The notes below the pieces were generated by a model, which saw only the letters and a list, made by a program, of their open reading frames with translations, made no database searches and was not told where the DNA came from. A program made the position numbers and the translations under genes. Shown piece after piece: positions 49,501 through 64,000 of a stretch of DNA of 64,000 nucleotides; the stretch's first letter is position 1, and each line of letters opens with the position of its first letter. Origin of the DNA: the human T2T-CHM13v2.0 reference genome, Homo sapiens; the NCBI RefSeq assembly GCF_009914755.1, contig NC_060947.1; one strand, written 5' to 3'.

Positions 49501-50119
49501 TACTCTGAACCTAATCCCTCCTCTTGATTCAGGAAGAATTTATTTACTCTGGCAGATTGGCCATGACATATAGACAATATGGGTACAAAGAGTCACATTA
49601 ACTCTTTCTGACCACTAGAGAACATGGCATTGAATTGACGATCTATTGAGAAAGACATTGTAGATCCCCAATTGACTCTGTTTTCTGCTTTGGCAAGGGG
49701 CTGATGAATTTCCATACATTCATGGAGAGCAGAGGGTGAAGAATGTAGAAAGCCTACTTTCATTCAAGGAGGTGGAACATGTTATCCCATGTATCCTGGG
49801 TTAATGTCTGGTCTTAGGTAGATCAAATACTTGCTGTAGAGTTGACTCCAAAGGCCTGAGTAGGGATAAAGGGCCAAGACCAGTGTGCCGAGGCTGACTT
49901 GCAGCAGTTGATTAGCAATAATTACGTGCATCTCTTCCTAACTCTGCGTTCAGCGACATCATTTTGGTAGCTTAAAATCAGCCATGATGGAAATATTTAC
50001 ACTACAGAAATTGGCAAATACTACAAATCAACACCCATCCACCCCCATCCTTCCTCCCCCAGAAAGGCAGTTATTAAACATTTACCAACACATTGGGACT
50101 TAATATACAGTGAAACAAG

Positions 50120-50520
50120 CTGGGTCTGAGAGGTGTGGTAAAAGAATGAGGAATGTTTTACTTGGAGAAGGGAAGACTTGGATGGACATTGTTGTGCTAT
50201 ATGGGAAGAGGGATTAGATGTCATCTTTATTTCTCTAAATGGTAATTCATATCACTGCACACATGTGTATGTGGTGGAGGGATTCCATGGCAACTGTTCT
50301 TAACTCAATATAAAAAATAATTTATTAATGTTCAGCACTATTTAAAGAAGAAAAAAATTGTCTCAAGATGTGATGAGCTCTCCCATCACTGGAAGTGAGC
50401 AAACAGAAGTTGAAAGCTCACTAGGTAGATGTATTGTAGATGAATTTGAAGTGTTAGATAGTACTGGGATTGGATTTTATGAAATCTAAGGTCTCTTCCA
50501 ACCTTGAGTTACTTTTGATT
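50120..50520 (+). mobile_element. L3/CR1 3' fragment
   Basis: gtgatgagctctcccatcactggaagtg...tctaaggtctcttccaacc. Confidence 0.6.
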
Positions 50521-50610
50521 TTTGTGAATATATAATTGATAGGTTTAGAAGAATTTAAAGAGGTCTTAGCATTGATAAGGGTTCAAACCCAGTGTAAGGG
50601 GAAATGTTTT

Positions 50611-52200
50611 GTAACAGCTCAAAGAAGGCTTCTTACTCCATTCATACCATTCTCCTTCCCGATTGGTTGCCTTCATTCCTCTCCATAGCAGTAACTAATG
50701 GTAAAATAAGCAGAGCCCAAGTGTCCTCATGCCCCCACTTTTATCCTTCTTTCTCTACTACAGATTGACACTGTTAAAGACGGTCTTGCCTCTATCAGTT
50801 GACTGTATGTATCTTAGAAAAAGGCTTACATATATTTTGTTTTTGCCAAGTGCCTCTGAAACTCAGATGCTACCTCAAAGTGCTTCCCAAAGTGAATTGA
50901 AACAAGAATTCTACTCAAGGCATGAGGAAAAAAAAATCACTCTAAATTAAGTAGGCATTGGAAAGAATTATACTAGTAAGAAGAGTAGTTACATATTTAC
51001 GTTGCTTGAAGCTATGTTCTATAAAGTCATGTCAAACATAGAAGCCATAACAATAAACAGAAAAGAAACAGAGAGGAGGTTAAGTATATTAAAAGTCTTT
51101 CCCTAGCAGCTCCTCTTTAGTGTACTGACTATTTTCATTAAGCCAACAATGATTTCTTTAAGATCTGAGGTACATGGGTCACTAACAGTTTCCATGGTTT
51201 AGATAGTTATCTACCTGCATGGGGTGTTTGAGGTATTCACAGAATGAAGGCAAGAGAAAAGCTGACTTTTGAAGCACCTCCCTCCTTTACCTCAATCCAC
51301 TTGGCTGTTGATTGAATGGAATGAAAACTCTTTTCTCTCCCCCTCTTTGTGTGTATGTAACTATTAATGTGATATATGTGGGTGTGAGTGGTATATATAT
51401 ATAACAGGTTTGGGGGTACTTGGACCTTGTTCATAAAATAACAAACATTTTATGATTAAAACACAGCTATAAAAGAGTACTTCTGGATTGGTAGAGTAAG
51501 AACTTCCAAAAATCTACTCCTTCATAAAAGCAACAATAAACTAGGAAAAAATGTCAAAATCAACCTTTTAAAAGACTCTGGAAATTAACCAAAGTTTTGA
51601 TAACTTCATTCAGGAAAAATCAATAAATCTTGACAAGAATAGTGAGCTTTCTGGCATTTAAACTTGTTCTATTTCCATCTCTCTCACCCCAGCACAGAGG
51701 TAGCCTTGAAAATCAACAGCTTCACAACTATGGCTGTTGTGAGAACCAGAAGCCAGGCGGCCATGAGGAGGCAAAATGGGTTTGAAGCTCCCCCATAAAG
51801 CCGTATTTCCAAAAAATCTTAATTGCTGGGCCCGGTGCTGTGGCTCACATCGGTATTCCCAGCACTTCTTTGGAAGGCCGAGGTGGGCAGATTGCTTGAG
51901 CTCAGGAGTATAAAACCATCCTGGGCAGCACTTTAAGGTAGCATCTGAGGCTTCAGAGGCACTTGGCAAAAACAAAATATATTTTAGGCTTTTTCCTAAG
52001 ATACACGCAGCCAACTGATAGAGGAAAGACCCCTTTAACAATGTAAATCTGTGGTAGAGAAAGAAGAATAAAAAGCGGGGCATGAGGTCACTTGCACTTT
52101 GCTTATGTTACCATCAGTTATTGCTATGGACAGGAATGAAGGCAACCAATTGGAAAAGAGATGGTATGGATGGGGTAAGAAGCCTTCTTTGAGCTGTTAC
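50611..52200. repeat. Imperfect inverted repeat, arms ~50611-50889 and ~51922-52200
   Basis: gtaacagctcaaagaaggcttcttac (50611) vs gtaagaagccttctttgagctgttac (ends 52200); ttttgtttttgccaagtgcctctgaa vs ttcagaggcacttggcaaaaacaaaa. Confidence 0.93.
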
Positions 52201-52742
52201 TAATGTGTGGAAATTAAGCAGCATATTCTTAAGAAATTAGAAAATGCTTTGAGATTAATGAAAATGAAGACATATTATACCAAAACTTGTGAGATACAGT
52301 AAAACTGTTCTTAGAGAGAAATTTATAGGTCTATTAAATTTATAGCTCTATTAAAAATTAAGAAATTTAAAGCTCTATTATAGATCTTAAATTAGTAACC
52401 TAATCTTACACCTTAAGACACTGGAAAAAGAAGAGCAAACTAAACCTAAAGTAAACAGAAGGAATGAAATAATAAATATCAGAGTGGAAATAAATGATAT
52501 AGGAATAGAAAGATGATAGGGAGAATCAACAAAAACAAAAGTTGGTTCTTTTAAAGGATTAACACAACTGACAAATCCTTAGGTGGATTGCACAAAGAAA
52601 AAAGATGACTCAAATTATTAGAATCAGAAATAAAAGAGATGACATTATTAACAACCTTACAGAAATAAAAAAGGATTATAAAGGAATGCTATGAACAATT
52701 ATATGCCAATAAATTCGATAACATAGGTGAAATAGACAAATT
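51478..52742 (+). mobile_element. Rearranged old L1M: 5' portion (~51478-51822), ~100-bp Alu 5' fragment (51828-51930), ORF2 fragment (~52200-52742)
   Basis: ORF2 text (aaaacttgtgagatacagtaaaa, agaagagcaaactaaacc, aaagttggttcttt); Alu left-arm text to cctgggcagca. The 5' portion call is less certain. Confidence 0.7.
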
Positions 52743-55700
52743 TATTTTCCTTCCAACTTTTGTTTTAGCTTCATGGGTACATGTGCAGGTTTGTTATATG
52801 AGTAAATTGTGTATTGCTGGGGTTTGGTGTACAACTTATTTTGTTACTCCAGTAGTGAGCATAGTATCTAATAAGTAGTTTATTGATCCTCACACTTCTC
52901 CCACCTCCCACCCTCAAGTAGTCCCTGGTGTCTCTTGTTCCCTTCTTTGTGTCCATGTGTATTCAGTGTTTAGCTCCCACTTATAAGTAAGAACATGTAG
53001 TATTTGGTTTTCTTTTCCTGCATTAATTCATTTAGGATAGTGGCCTCTAGCTGCATCTGTGATGCCGCAAGGGACATAATTTCATTCTTGTTAATGGCTG
53101 CATAGTATTTCACAGTGTGTATGTCCTAAATTTTCTTTATCCAGTTCACCACTGATGGGCATCTAGGTAGCCACATATCCCTGTTTCTCCAGGATTGGTA
53201 CTTTGTTTAGTTCATTTGGTGAAGTCATATTTTCCTGGATTGTCTTAATACCTGTAGATGTTTGTCTGTGTCTGGGCATTGAATAGTTAGGTATTTATTA
53301 TAGTCTTTGTAGTCTGGGCTTGTTTGTACCCATCCTCCTTGGGAAAGCTTTCCAGATATTTGAAAGGACTTGGGTGTTGTGATCTAAGCTATATCTGGTT
53401 TAGGGGTAACCCCAAGCCCAGTAATGCTGTGGTTCTTGCAGACTTGTAGAGGTATTGCCTGGATGGTCTTGGACAAGATCTGGGAGAATTCTCTGGATTA
53501 CCAGGCAGAGACTCTTGTTCTCTTCCCTTACTTTCTCCCAAATGAACAAAATCTCTCTCTCTGTTCTGAGCCACCTGAAGCTGGGGGTGGAGTGACACAA
53601 GCACCCCTGTGGCCACCACCACTAGGACTGCACTGAGTCAGACCTGAAGCCAGTGCCGCACTAGGTCTTGTCCAAGAACTGCTGTAACCAATCCCTGGCT
53701 ACTGCCTATGTTCACTCAAAGCCCTGGGGCCCTACAATCAGCAGGTGACAAAGCCAGCTAGGCCTGTGTCCTTCCCTTCAGGGTGGTGAGTTCCCCCAGG
53801 CCTGGGTCCTGAGATGCTGTCTGGGAGCCATGGACTAGAGTAGAAAACCTTGGAAGTCTACTTGCTGTTGTATCATACTGCAGCTGAGCTGGCACTCAAA
53901 CCACAAGGCACAGTCCTTCCCACGCTTCCCTCCCACTTTCACAGGAGGAGGAGCCTCACCCTGTGGCCACCGCCACCACTGGCCCACAGGGCGTACTGCC
54001 AGACTACCACTGATATTCCCCTAAGGCCCAAGGGCTCTTCAGTCAGCTTGTGGTAAATGCTGCCTGGCCTGGGACTCATCCTTCAGGGCAGTGGGATCCC
54101 CTCTGAACCAGGGCAGGTCCAGAAATGTCGTCCAAGAGCCATGTCCTAGAATCAGGGACCTCAAGAGCCTGCTTGCTGCTCTACCCCACTGTGGCTGAGC
54201 TGGTACCTAAGGTGCAAGACAAAGTCTCATTTACTTTACCCTCTGCTTTTCTCAAGCAGAAGGAGTCTTGGACAGGCCTCTAGATTGATTCCACGTCTTT
54301 GTTATGGTGAATGGTGCTATGATAAACATATGTGTGTATGTATCTTTATGGTAGAATGATTTATATTTATTTGGGTATATACCCAGTAATGGAATTGCTG
54401 GTTGAATGGTAATTCTAAATCTTTTGAGAAACCTCCAAACTGCTTTCCACAGTGGCCGAACTAATTTACATTCCCATCAACAGTGTGTAAGCATTCCCCT
54501 TTCTCTGTAAACTTGCCAGTATTTGTTATTTTTTGACTTTTTAATAATAGCCATTCTGACTGGTGTGGGATGGTATCTCATCGCAGTTTTGATTTGCATT
54601 TCTCTGATGATTAATGATGATGAGCACTTTTTCATATGCTTGTTGGTCTCATGTATGTCTTCTTTTGAGAAGTATCTGTTCATATCTTTTGCACATTTTT
54701 AATGGGCTTGTTTGTTGTTTTGCTTGTTGGTTTAAGTTCCTTATAGATTCTGGATATTAGGCCTTTGTCAGATGCATAGTTTGCAAATATTTTCTCCCAT
54801 TTGTCTGTTTACTCTGTTTATTCCTTCTTTTGCTGTGCAGAAGCTCTTTACTTTAATTAGGTCCGACTTTTCAATTTTTGTTATTGTTGCAATTGCTTTT
54901 GGAGTCTTTGTCTTGAAGTCTTTTCCAGGGTCTATGTCCAGAATGGAATTTCCTTGGTTTTATGATAGGATTTTTATAGTTTTAGATTTTACATTTAAGT
55001 CTTTAATCCATCTTGCATTGATCTGTTTATATGGTGAAAAGAAGGAATTCAGTTTCAATCTTCTGCATATGGCTAGCCAGTTACCCCAGCACCATTTATC
55101 AAATAGGAAGTCATTTCCCCATTGCTTGTTATTTTCAACTTTGTCAAAGACAGGTGGTTTTAGGTGTGTGGCTTTATTCCTGGGTTCTCTAACCTGTTCC
55201 ATTGTTCTATTAGTCTGTTTTTGTACCAGTACCATGCTGTTTTTGTTACCATAGCATGTAATGTAGCTTGAAGTTGGGTAGTTTGGTGCCTCCGATTTTC
55301 TTCTTTTTGCTTAGGATTGGTTTTCCTATTTGGGCTCTTTTTTTCATTCCACATGAATTTTAGAATAGTTTTTTTTTTTTTCAAATTCTGTGATAGACAT
55401 TGTTGGTAGTTTGATAGGAGTAGCACTGAATCTGGACATTGCTTTGGGCAGTATGGCCATTTTAACAATATTGATTTTTCCTATCAATGAGCATGGAATG
55501 TTTTTCCATTTGTTTGTGTAATCTCTGATTTCTTTCAGCAGTGTTTTGTAATTCTTGTTGTAGAGCTCTTTCACATCCCTGGTTAGCTGTATTCCTAGGT
55601 ACGTTGTCCTGTTTGTCGCTATTGTGAATGGCAGTGTGGTCTTGATTTGGGTTTCAGCTTGGTCATTATTGGTGTATAGAAATGCTACCAATTTTTGTAC

Positions 55701-56600
55701 ATTGGTTTTGTATCCTGAAACTTTTCTGAAGTGGTTTATCAGATCTAAGAGCCATTGCGTAGAGATTTTGTGGTTTTCTAGGTATATAGTCATATCATCT
55801 GTGAAGAGAGATAGTTTGACTTCCTCTGTACCTATCAGGATGCATTTTATTTCTTTCTCTTGCCTCATTGCTCTGACTAGGACTTCACTTTGTCCTTTTT
55901 GATCATTGTTGGTTTACAGTCTTTTCTGTCCAAAATAAGAATAGCAACACCTGCTCTTTTTTGTTTTCCATTTGCCTGATAAATTTTTCTCCATCCCTTT
56001 ACTTTGAGCCTATGGGTGTCATTGCATGTGAGATGGGTGTCTTGAAGACACTATACAGTTGGGTATTGATTCTTTATCCAACTTGCCACTCTGTGACTTT
56101 TAAGTGGGGCATTTAGCCCCTTTACATACAAGGTTAATATTGATACATGTGGATCTGATCCTGTCATGGTGTTGTTAGCTGGTTGTTATGTAGACTTGAT
56201 TGTGTAGTTGTTTTATAGTGTCAGTGGTTTTTGTATATAAGTTGTTTTACGGTGGCCAGTTGGGCATCTGAGGGTGAGCTGCAAGTGGATGTGGCCAGAC
56301 AGGGACCCTGGGACAGGCCGGCATAGGGTGCTCAGATTAGACTGGCCTCATTCCACAGGGAAGATAGCCCTGTTCTGTTCAAGTCCAACAGTCACCAAAG
56401 GCCAAAGCCACCTAGAGGGCATGGCAAGACTTCGGGGCTGGGTGTCCCCGTCTGTGCTCCCCTGCAGCTGTTCCTGCACCAAACCCTCTGGGCTCCATGC
56501 AGGCTGTAGTCCTGTCCCTGCCAACTCTCCAAGTAGCTCTCTCTGCCAGCTCAAATGTCTCAAATGTCAGGTTCTCATGCCACCCCCACAAGAACCCTGG
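52743..56600 (-). mobile_element. Old L1PA (PA15/16-like), internally deleted, interrupted at ~53169-54270 by another L1 5' fragment
   Basis: 3' UTR at 52743-53168 resumes at ~54271; ORF2 peptides in the track ([16 protein letters not shown]); GC-richer 5'UTR-like end at 56260-56600. Confidence 0.85.
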
Positions 56601-56929
56601 TCCCTTGTGACTTGCCTTGCATAGTTTGAGACTAGGTTGCTTCTTTTTAAAACTAACTACCAACTAGGGTGATCGACTGTGCAGGTTTGTGCAAAACTAA
56701 GGAATTTTAGGGATACTAGAATTTCAGTCCTGAAGGCAGGACTATCTCTGAAAACCTGAACTGGCTCATCACCCTTATCCTAATCCACATCTTGGCTATT
56801 GGAGGCTTGCAGCAAATATCTTAACTGCTGCCTTGCAACTTGCATGATGCAGGGTTTTCCTGCCTTTTTCTGAATACTGTGCCTCTCTTACAGGTTTCTC
56901 TTCCTCCTATCATTCATCCACCAGTCAGA

Positions 56930-57360
56930 TAAATGTACAAAACATTTATTTTCATTCTTTAAGCAAATATTCATTGTGTACCTCCTATATTCTATGCATT
57001 ATAAAAGATACTGGTGATACAGAGATCAATAAATCAGACAAATTTTCTCCTTTGTGGAGCTTACATTGTAGCCTGGAGGAACTGGTAATAGACAAACAAA
57101 TGTGTTATATGGACTGCACATACAGCAAGGAAGAAAAATAATACAGGGTTAGGGAATAGAGAGTTATGGGATAGGGAAAATGATATTATAGATGTGATGC
57201 TTTTATTTATAAGGTGACATTTAAGCAGACCCCTGAGTAAAATGATAGTATGAACAATGTAGTTAGTTGGCAGTGGGGAAGTTAGGCTGAGGGAGCAGCA
57301 AGTGCAAAGTTCCTGAGGTAGGAGCATACTTGGTTTCTTTCAGGAGCAGAAGAAAGACTG
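56930..57360 (-). mobile_element. LINE-2 3' fragment
   Basis: caaatattcattg...tggagcttacattgtag...aaggtgacatttaagcagacc...gcaaagttcctgagg. Confidence 0.75.
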
Positions 57361-57504
57361 ATCTTATCTTTTGCCCTCTGTTGTTACTGACTCAGGGGTT
57401 CATTCACTCTCAAGATTTTAACTACTAGCACTACAGTACTCCTTACTACTCCCTTGCTACACTACCTTCATGTTCCAATTAATTCAGAAAATTTTTCCTG
57501 AAAC

Positions 57505-59513
<2,009 letters not shown>

Positions 59514-60382
59514 GCAAACAACCTGATAAAAAAGTGGGCAAAGGACATGAATAGACACTTTTCAAAAGAAGACATTCATATAGCCAACAAATATATGAAA
59601 ACAATCTCAACATCATTGATCATTAGAGAAATGCAAATCAAAACCACAGTGAGACACCATCTCACACCAGTCAGAATGGAGAGTATTAAAAAGTCAAGAA
59701 AGAACAGATGCTGGAGGGGTAGTGGAGAAAAAGGAATGCTTTTACACTGTTGATGGGAATGTAAACTAGTTCAACCATTGTGGAAGACAGTGTGGTGGTC
59801 CCTCAAAGATCTAGAAGCAGAAAAACCATTTGACCCAGTAATCCCATTACTGGGTATATACCCAAAGGAATATAAGTCCTTCTATTATAAAGATATATGC
59901 ATGCATATGTTCATTGCAGCACTATTCACAATAGCAAAGACATGGAATCAACCCAAATGCCCCTCAATGATAGACTGGATAAAGAAAATGTGGTACATAT
60001 ACACCATGGAATACTATGCAGCCATAAAAAGGAACAAGATCATGTCCTTTGCAGGGACATGGATGGAGCTGGAAATGGTATCCTCAGCAAGCTAACCCAG
60101 AAACAGAAAACCAAACACCACATGTTCTCACTTATAAGTGGGAGCTAAACAATGAGAACACATGGACACATGTGGGGTGGGGGGGACAACACACACTGAG
60201 ATCTGTCAGGGGTGTAGCGGGGAGGGAGAGCATCAGGAAGAACAGCCAATGGGTGCTGGGCTTAATACCTAGGTGATGAGTTCATCTGTGCAGCAAACTA
60301 CCATGGCACACATTTACCTATGTAACAAACCTGTGCATCCCACACATATACCTTGGAATTTAAATAAAAGTTGATTAAAAAA
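59514..60382 (+). mobile_element. Second, older L1PA 3' end
   Basis: [10 protein letters not shown] and WKTVW...FDPVIPLLGIYPKE peptides; 3' UTR ending aaataaaagttgattaaaaaa. Confidence 0.9.
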
Positions 60383-60574
60383 CATTTATTCTGATTATAT
60401 CTCGGTCTATTAGTTCTCTGCTTGAAAACTGCTAGTTGATTCTGATTTGCCTAAATAAAAATCCAAACTCTTCCCCTAGTCTCCAACTCTATCTCTTATG
60501 CTGTTTCACAAATTTTGATTCCTATCACCCTTTTACTGGTCTATTTCAGCTCAGCTCGTATCTCGTTACTGAAT

Positions 60575-61942
60575 GTTTTTATTCTGGTAAAAATGTACAT
60601 AACAAGATTTGCCATTCTTGTCATTTTAAGTGTATACTTCAGTGGTATTAAATACATTTATATTATTGTTCAACAATCATCACCATCCATCTCCAGAAAT
60701 GTCTCATCTTCCCAAACTGAAATTCTGTAGCCATTAAAACGCGAACTACCCAGTTCTCCCTTTCCCCATCTTCTGACAACCACCACCAATTTTCTGTCTC
60801 TATAAATGTGAATCCTCTAGATCCCTCATATAAGTGAAATCATACAATGCTTCTATAAATATTGGTGTACAAATATCTTATTAGTCCATGCTTTTAATTA
60901 TTTTGGAGATATATCCAGAAGTGGAATTGCTGAATCATATGGTAATTCTATGTTTAACTTTTTGAGGAAACACCATGCTGGTTTCCATAGTGGATACACC
61001 ATTCTACATTCCCACCAGCAATGCACAAGGATTTCAATTTTTTCACATCATTACCAACACTTGTTATTTTCTTTTTTTTTTTTAAATAGCCATCCTAATG
61101 TATATGAAATGGTACCTTCATATCATTTCAATTTACAATTTTCTAATAATTACTGGTGTTGAGTATATTTTCATGGTTCACTGACCATCTGTATAACTTC
61201 TTTGGAGAAATATCTATTCAAATCCTTTGCCTAGTTTTAAATTGGGTTGTCTTTTGTTGTTGTTGAATTTCAGGTTTCTTTACATATTCTGGATATTAAC
61301 TTCTTATCAGACATGTGATTTGCAAATATTTTCTTCCATTCACTGGTTTGTGTTTTCATTCTGTTGATAATGACATCTGAGGCACAAACGTTTTTAATTT
61401 TAATAAAGTCTGATTTATTAATTTTTTGTTTTGTTGCCTGTGTTTTTGGTGTCATAGCCAATAAATCATTACCAATCCAATGTCATGTAGCTTTTCCCCT
61501 GTGTTTTCTTCTAACTTTTGTAAGGTAAGTGTCTAACTTTGTTCTTTCATATGTAGATATCCAAATTTCCAATACCATTTGTTGAAGAAACTTTCCTTTC
61601 CCCCATTGAATGATCCTGGCACTTTTCTAGAAAATCTTTTGATCATATATTCTAGGACTTATTTCTGGGGACTCTATTTTATTCCACTGGTCTATATGTC
61701 TGTCTTTGTTCCAATACCACATTATTTTTATTATTATAGCTTTGTAGTAAGTTTTTAAATCAGGAAATATGAGACCTCCAACTTTGTTCTTCTTTTTCAA
61801 GATTGTCTTGACTATTCAGGGTTTCTTGAGATACCATATAAAAATTTTAGAATGGGTTTTTCTATTTCCGCAAAAAAAAATACTTGGGATATTTATAGGG
61901 ATGGCATTGAATGTATAGGTTGCTTTGGGAAGCATTAATATC
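60575..61942 (-). mobile_element. L1MB-type 3' fragment
   Basis: L1M 3' UTR and degenerate ORF2 C-terminus (61270-61461 peptide). Confidence 0.8.
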
Positions 61943-62234
61943 TTTTTTTTTTTTTTTTGAGACAGAGTCTCGCTCTTTTGCCCAGGGTGGAGTGCAGTGG
62001 CGCAATGTTGGCTCACTGCAACCTCCACTTCCCTGCATCCCAGGTTCAAGAGATTCTTTTGCCTCAGCCTCCTGAATAGCTGGGATTACAGGCACACACC
62101 ACCATACACGGTGAATTTTTGTATTATTAGTAGAGATGGGGTTTCACCATGTTGGCCAGGCTGGTCTCGAGCTCCTAACCTCAGGTAATCCTCCTGCCAT
62201 GGCCTCCCAAAAGTGTTGGGATTACAGGCATGTG
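61943..62234 (-). mobile_element. Alu (S-type), slightly 5'-truncated
   Basis: Poly-T and Alu body ending at ttacaggcatgtg. Confidence 0.93.
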
Positions 62235-64000
62235 CAAGTATGTTTTTCGTACAATGACTTATTTTCTTCTGGGTGGATACCTAGTAGTGGGATTGCTGGA
62301 TTAAATGGTAGATCTACTTTTAGTTCTTTAAGGAATCTCCACATTGTTTTCCATAGTGCTTGTACTAGTTTACCTTCCCACGAACAGTATAAAAGTGTTC
62401 CCTTTTCACCACATCCACACCAACATCTATTATTTTTTTATTTTTTTGATTATGGCCATTCTTGCAGGAGGGAGGTGGTGTGGCATTGTGGTTTTGATTT
62501 GCATTTCCCTGATAATTAGTTGAGCATTTTCCCATATGCATGTTGACCATTTGTATATCTTCTTTTGAGAATTGGCTATCCATGTCCTTAGACTATTTTT
62601 TAATTGGAATTTTTGATTTGTTTTGTTTTTGCTGATTTGTTTGAGTTCTTTGTAGATTCTGGATATTAGTCCTTTGTTGGATATGTAGATTGTGAAGATT
62701 TTCTCCCATTCTGTGGGCTGTCTGTTAACTCTGTTGATTATTTATTTTGCTGTGCAGAAACTTTTTAGTTTAATCGAGTCCCATCTATTTATCTTCGTTT
62801 TTGTTGCATTTGCTTTTGGGTTCTTGGTCATGAAGTCTTTGTCTAAGCGAATGTCTAGAAGGGTTTTGCTGATGTTATCTTCTGGTATGGTTTCAGGTCT
62901 TATATTTGAGTCTTTGATCCATCTTGGGTTGATTTTTCTATAAAGTAAGAGAGGATGATCCAGTTTCATTCTCCTACATGTGGCTTGCCAGTTATCCCAG
63001 TACCATTTGTTGAATAGAGTGTCCTTTCCCCACTTCATGTTTTTGTTTGCTTTGTCGAAGATCAGTTGGCTGTAAGTATTTAGCTTTGTTTCTGGGTTCT
63101 GTATTATGTTCCATTGGGCTATGTGCCTATTTTTATACCAGTACTATGCTGTTTTGGTGACTATGGCCTTATAATATAGTTTGAAGTTGGGTAATGTGAT
63201 ACCTCTCGATTTGTTCCTTTGCTTAGTCTTGCTTCAGGTATGCAGGCTCTTTTTTGGTTCCATATGAATTTTAGGATTGCTTCTTCTAGTTCTGTGAAGA
63301 ATGATGGTATTTTGATGGGAACTGCATTGAATTTGTATATTGCTTTTGGCAGTATAGTCATTTTCACAATATTGATTCTACTCATCCATGGGATGTGTTT
63401 CCATTTGTTTGCGTCGTCCATGATTTCTTTCAGCAGAGTTTTTTAGTTTTCCTTGTAGAGATCTTTCACCTCCTTGGTTAGGCATATTCCTAAGTATTTT
63501 CTTTTCTTTTTGCAACTATTGGGAAAGGGGTTGACTTCTTGCTTGATTCTCAGCTTGGTCGCTGTTGGTGTGTAGTAGAGCTACTGATTTGTGTACATTA
63601 ACTTTGTATCCTGAAACTTTGCTGAATTCATTGACCAGCTCTAGGAGCTTTTTGGATGAGTCTTTAGGGTTTTCTAGGTATACAATCATGTCATCAGCAA
63701 ACAGTGACAGTTTGACTTCCTCTTTACTGATTTGGATGGCCTTTATTTCTTTCTGTTGTCTGACTGCTCTGGTTAGGACTTACAGTACTATTTTGAATGG
63801 AAGTGGTGAAAGTGGGCATCCTTGTCTTGCTTCATTTCTCAGGGGCAATTCTTTCAACTTTTTCCCATTCAGTATAATGTTGGCTGTGGGTTTGTCATAG
63901 ATGGCTTTTATTACCTTAAGATAAGTCCCTTCTATGCTAATTTTGCTGACTGTTTTCATCATAAAGGGATGCTGGATTTTGTCAAATGTCTTTTCTGTGT
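62230..64000 (-). mobile_element. L1PB-type ORF2 fragment, continues beyond window
   Basis: ORF2 peptides ([33 protein letters not shown]); L1PB-like text aatgacttattttcttctggg. Confidence 0.9.

Noticed and set aside
50729-52083. Two similar peptides on opposite strands as a small gene family
   Set aside because: The similarity comes from the DNA inverted duplication, and frames shift between copies.

Overview
Primate, almost certainly human, genomic DNA (Alu, L1PA, MIR, L2, MER and MLT repeats). I recognise it from the protein as the Xq23 RTL9 (RGAG1/SIRH10/MART9) locus. RTL9 is the only clear protein-coding gene: a domesticated Ty3/gypsy (sushi-like) gag gene on the + strand. Its CDS is join(26528..30574,31112..31231), 1388 aa, made of a ~1040-aa Met/Ser/Thr/Pro-rich 13-aa tandem repeat, a capsid-like Gag domain and a short final exon resembling a decayed zinc knuckle. 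Upstream are two candidate RTL9 5' exons (21063-21178, MIR-derived; ~24550-24776, behind a TATA/GC-box/G4 promoter) and minus-strand exons (2568-2713; ~16025-16200) that fit distal alternative 5' exons of the neighbouring AMMECR1 gene. The right 30 kb is mostly transposon debris. Main leads: (1) a possible in-frame 49-aa N-terminal extension of RTL9 carrying a PPxY motif; (2) a vestigial CCHC knuckle and PEG10-like frameshift site separated from the capsid domain by an intron; (3) a ~275-bp local inverted duplication joined to a truncated Alu inside an L1; (4) an apparently chimeric L1; (5) a poly(A)-less L1 5' fragment inside another L1; (6) a long antisense frame over RTL9, probably compositional. 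There are no prokaryotic-type systems, CRISPR arrays, rRNA or tRNA genes. Repeat subfamily names and boundaries were assigned by eye and are approximate.
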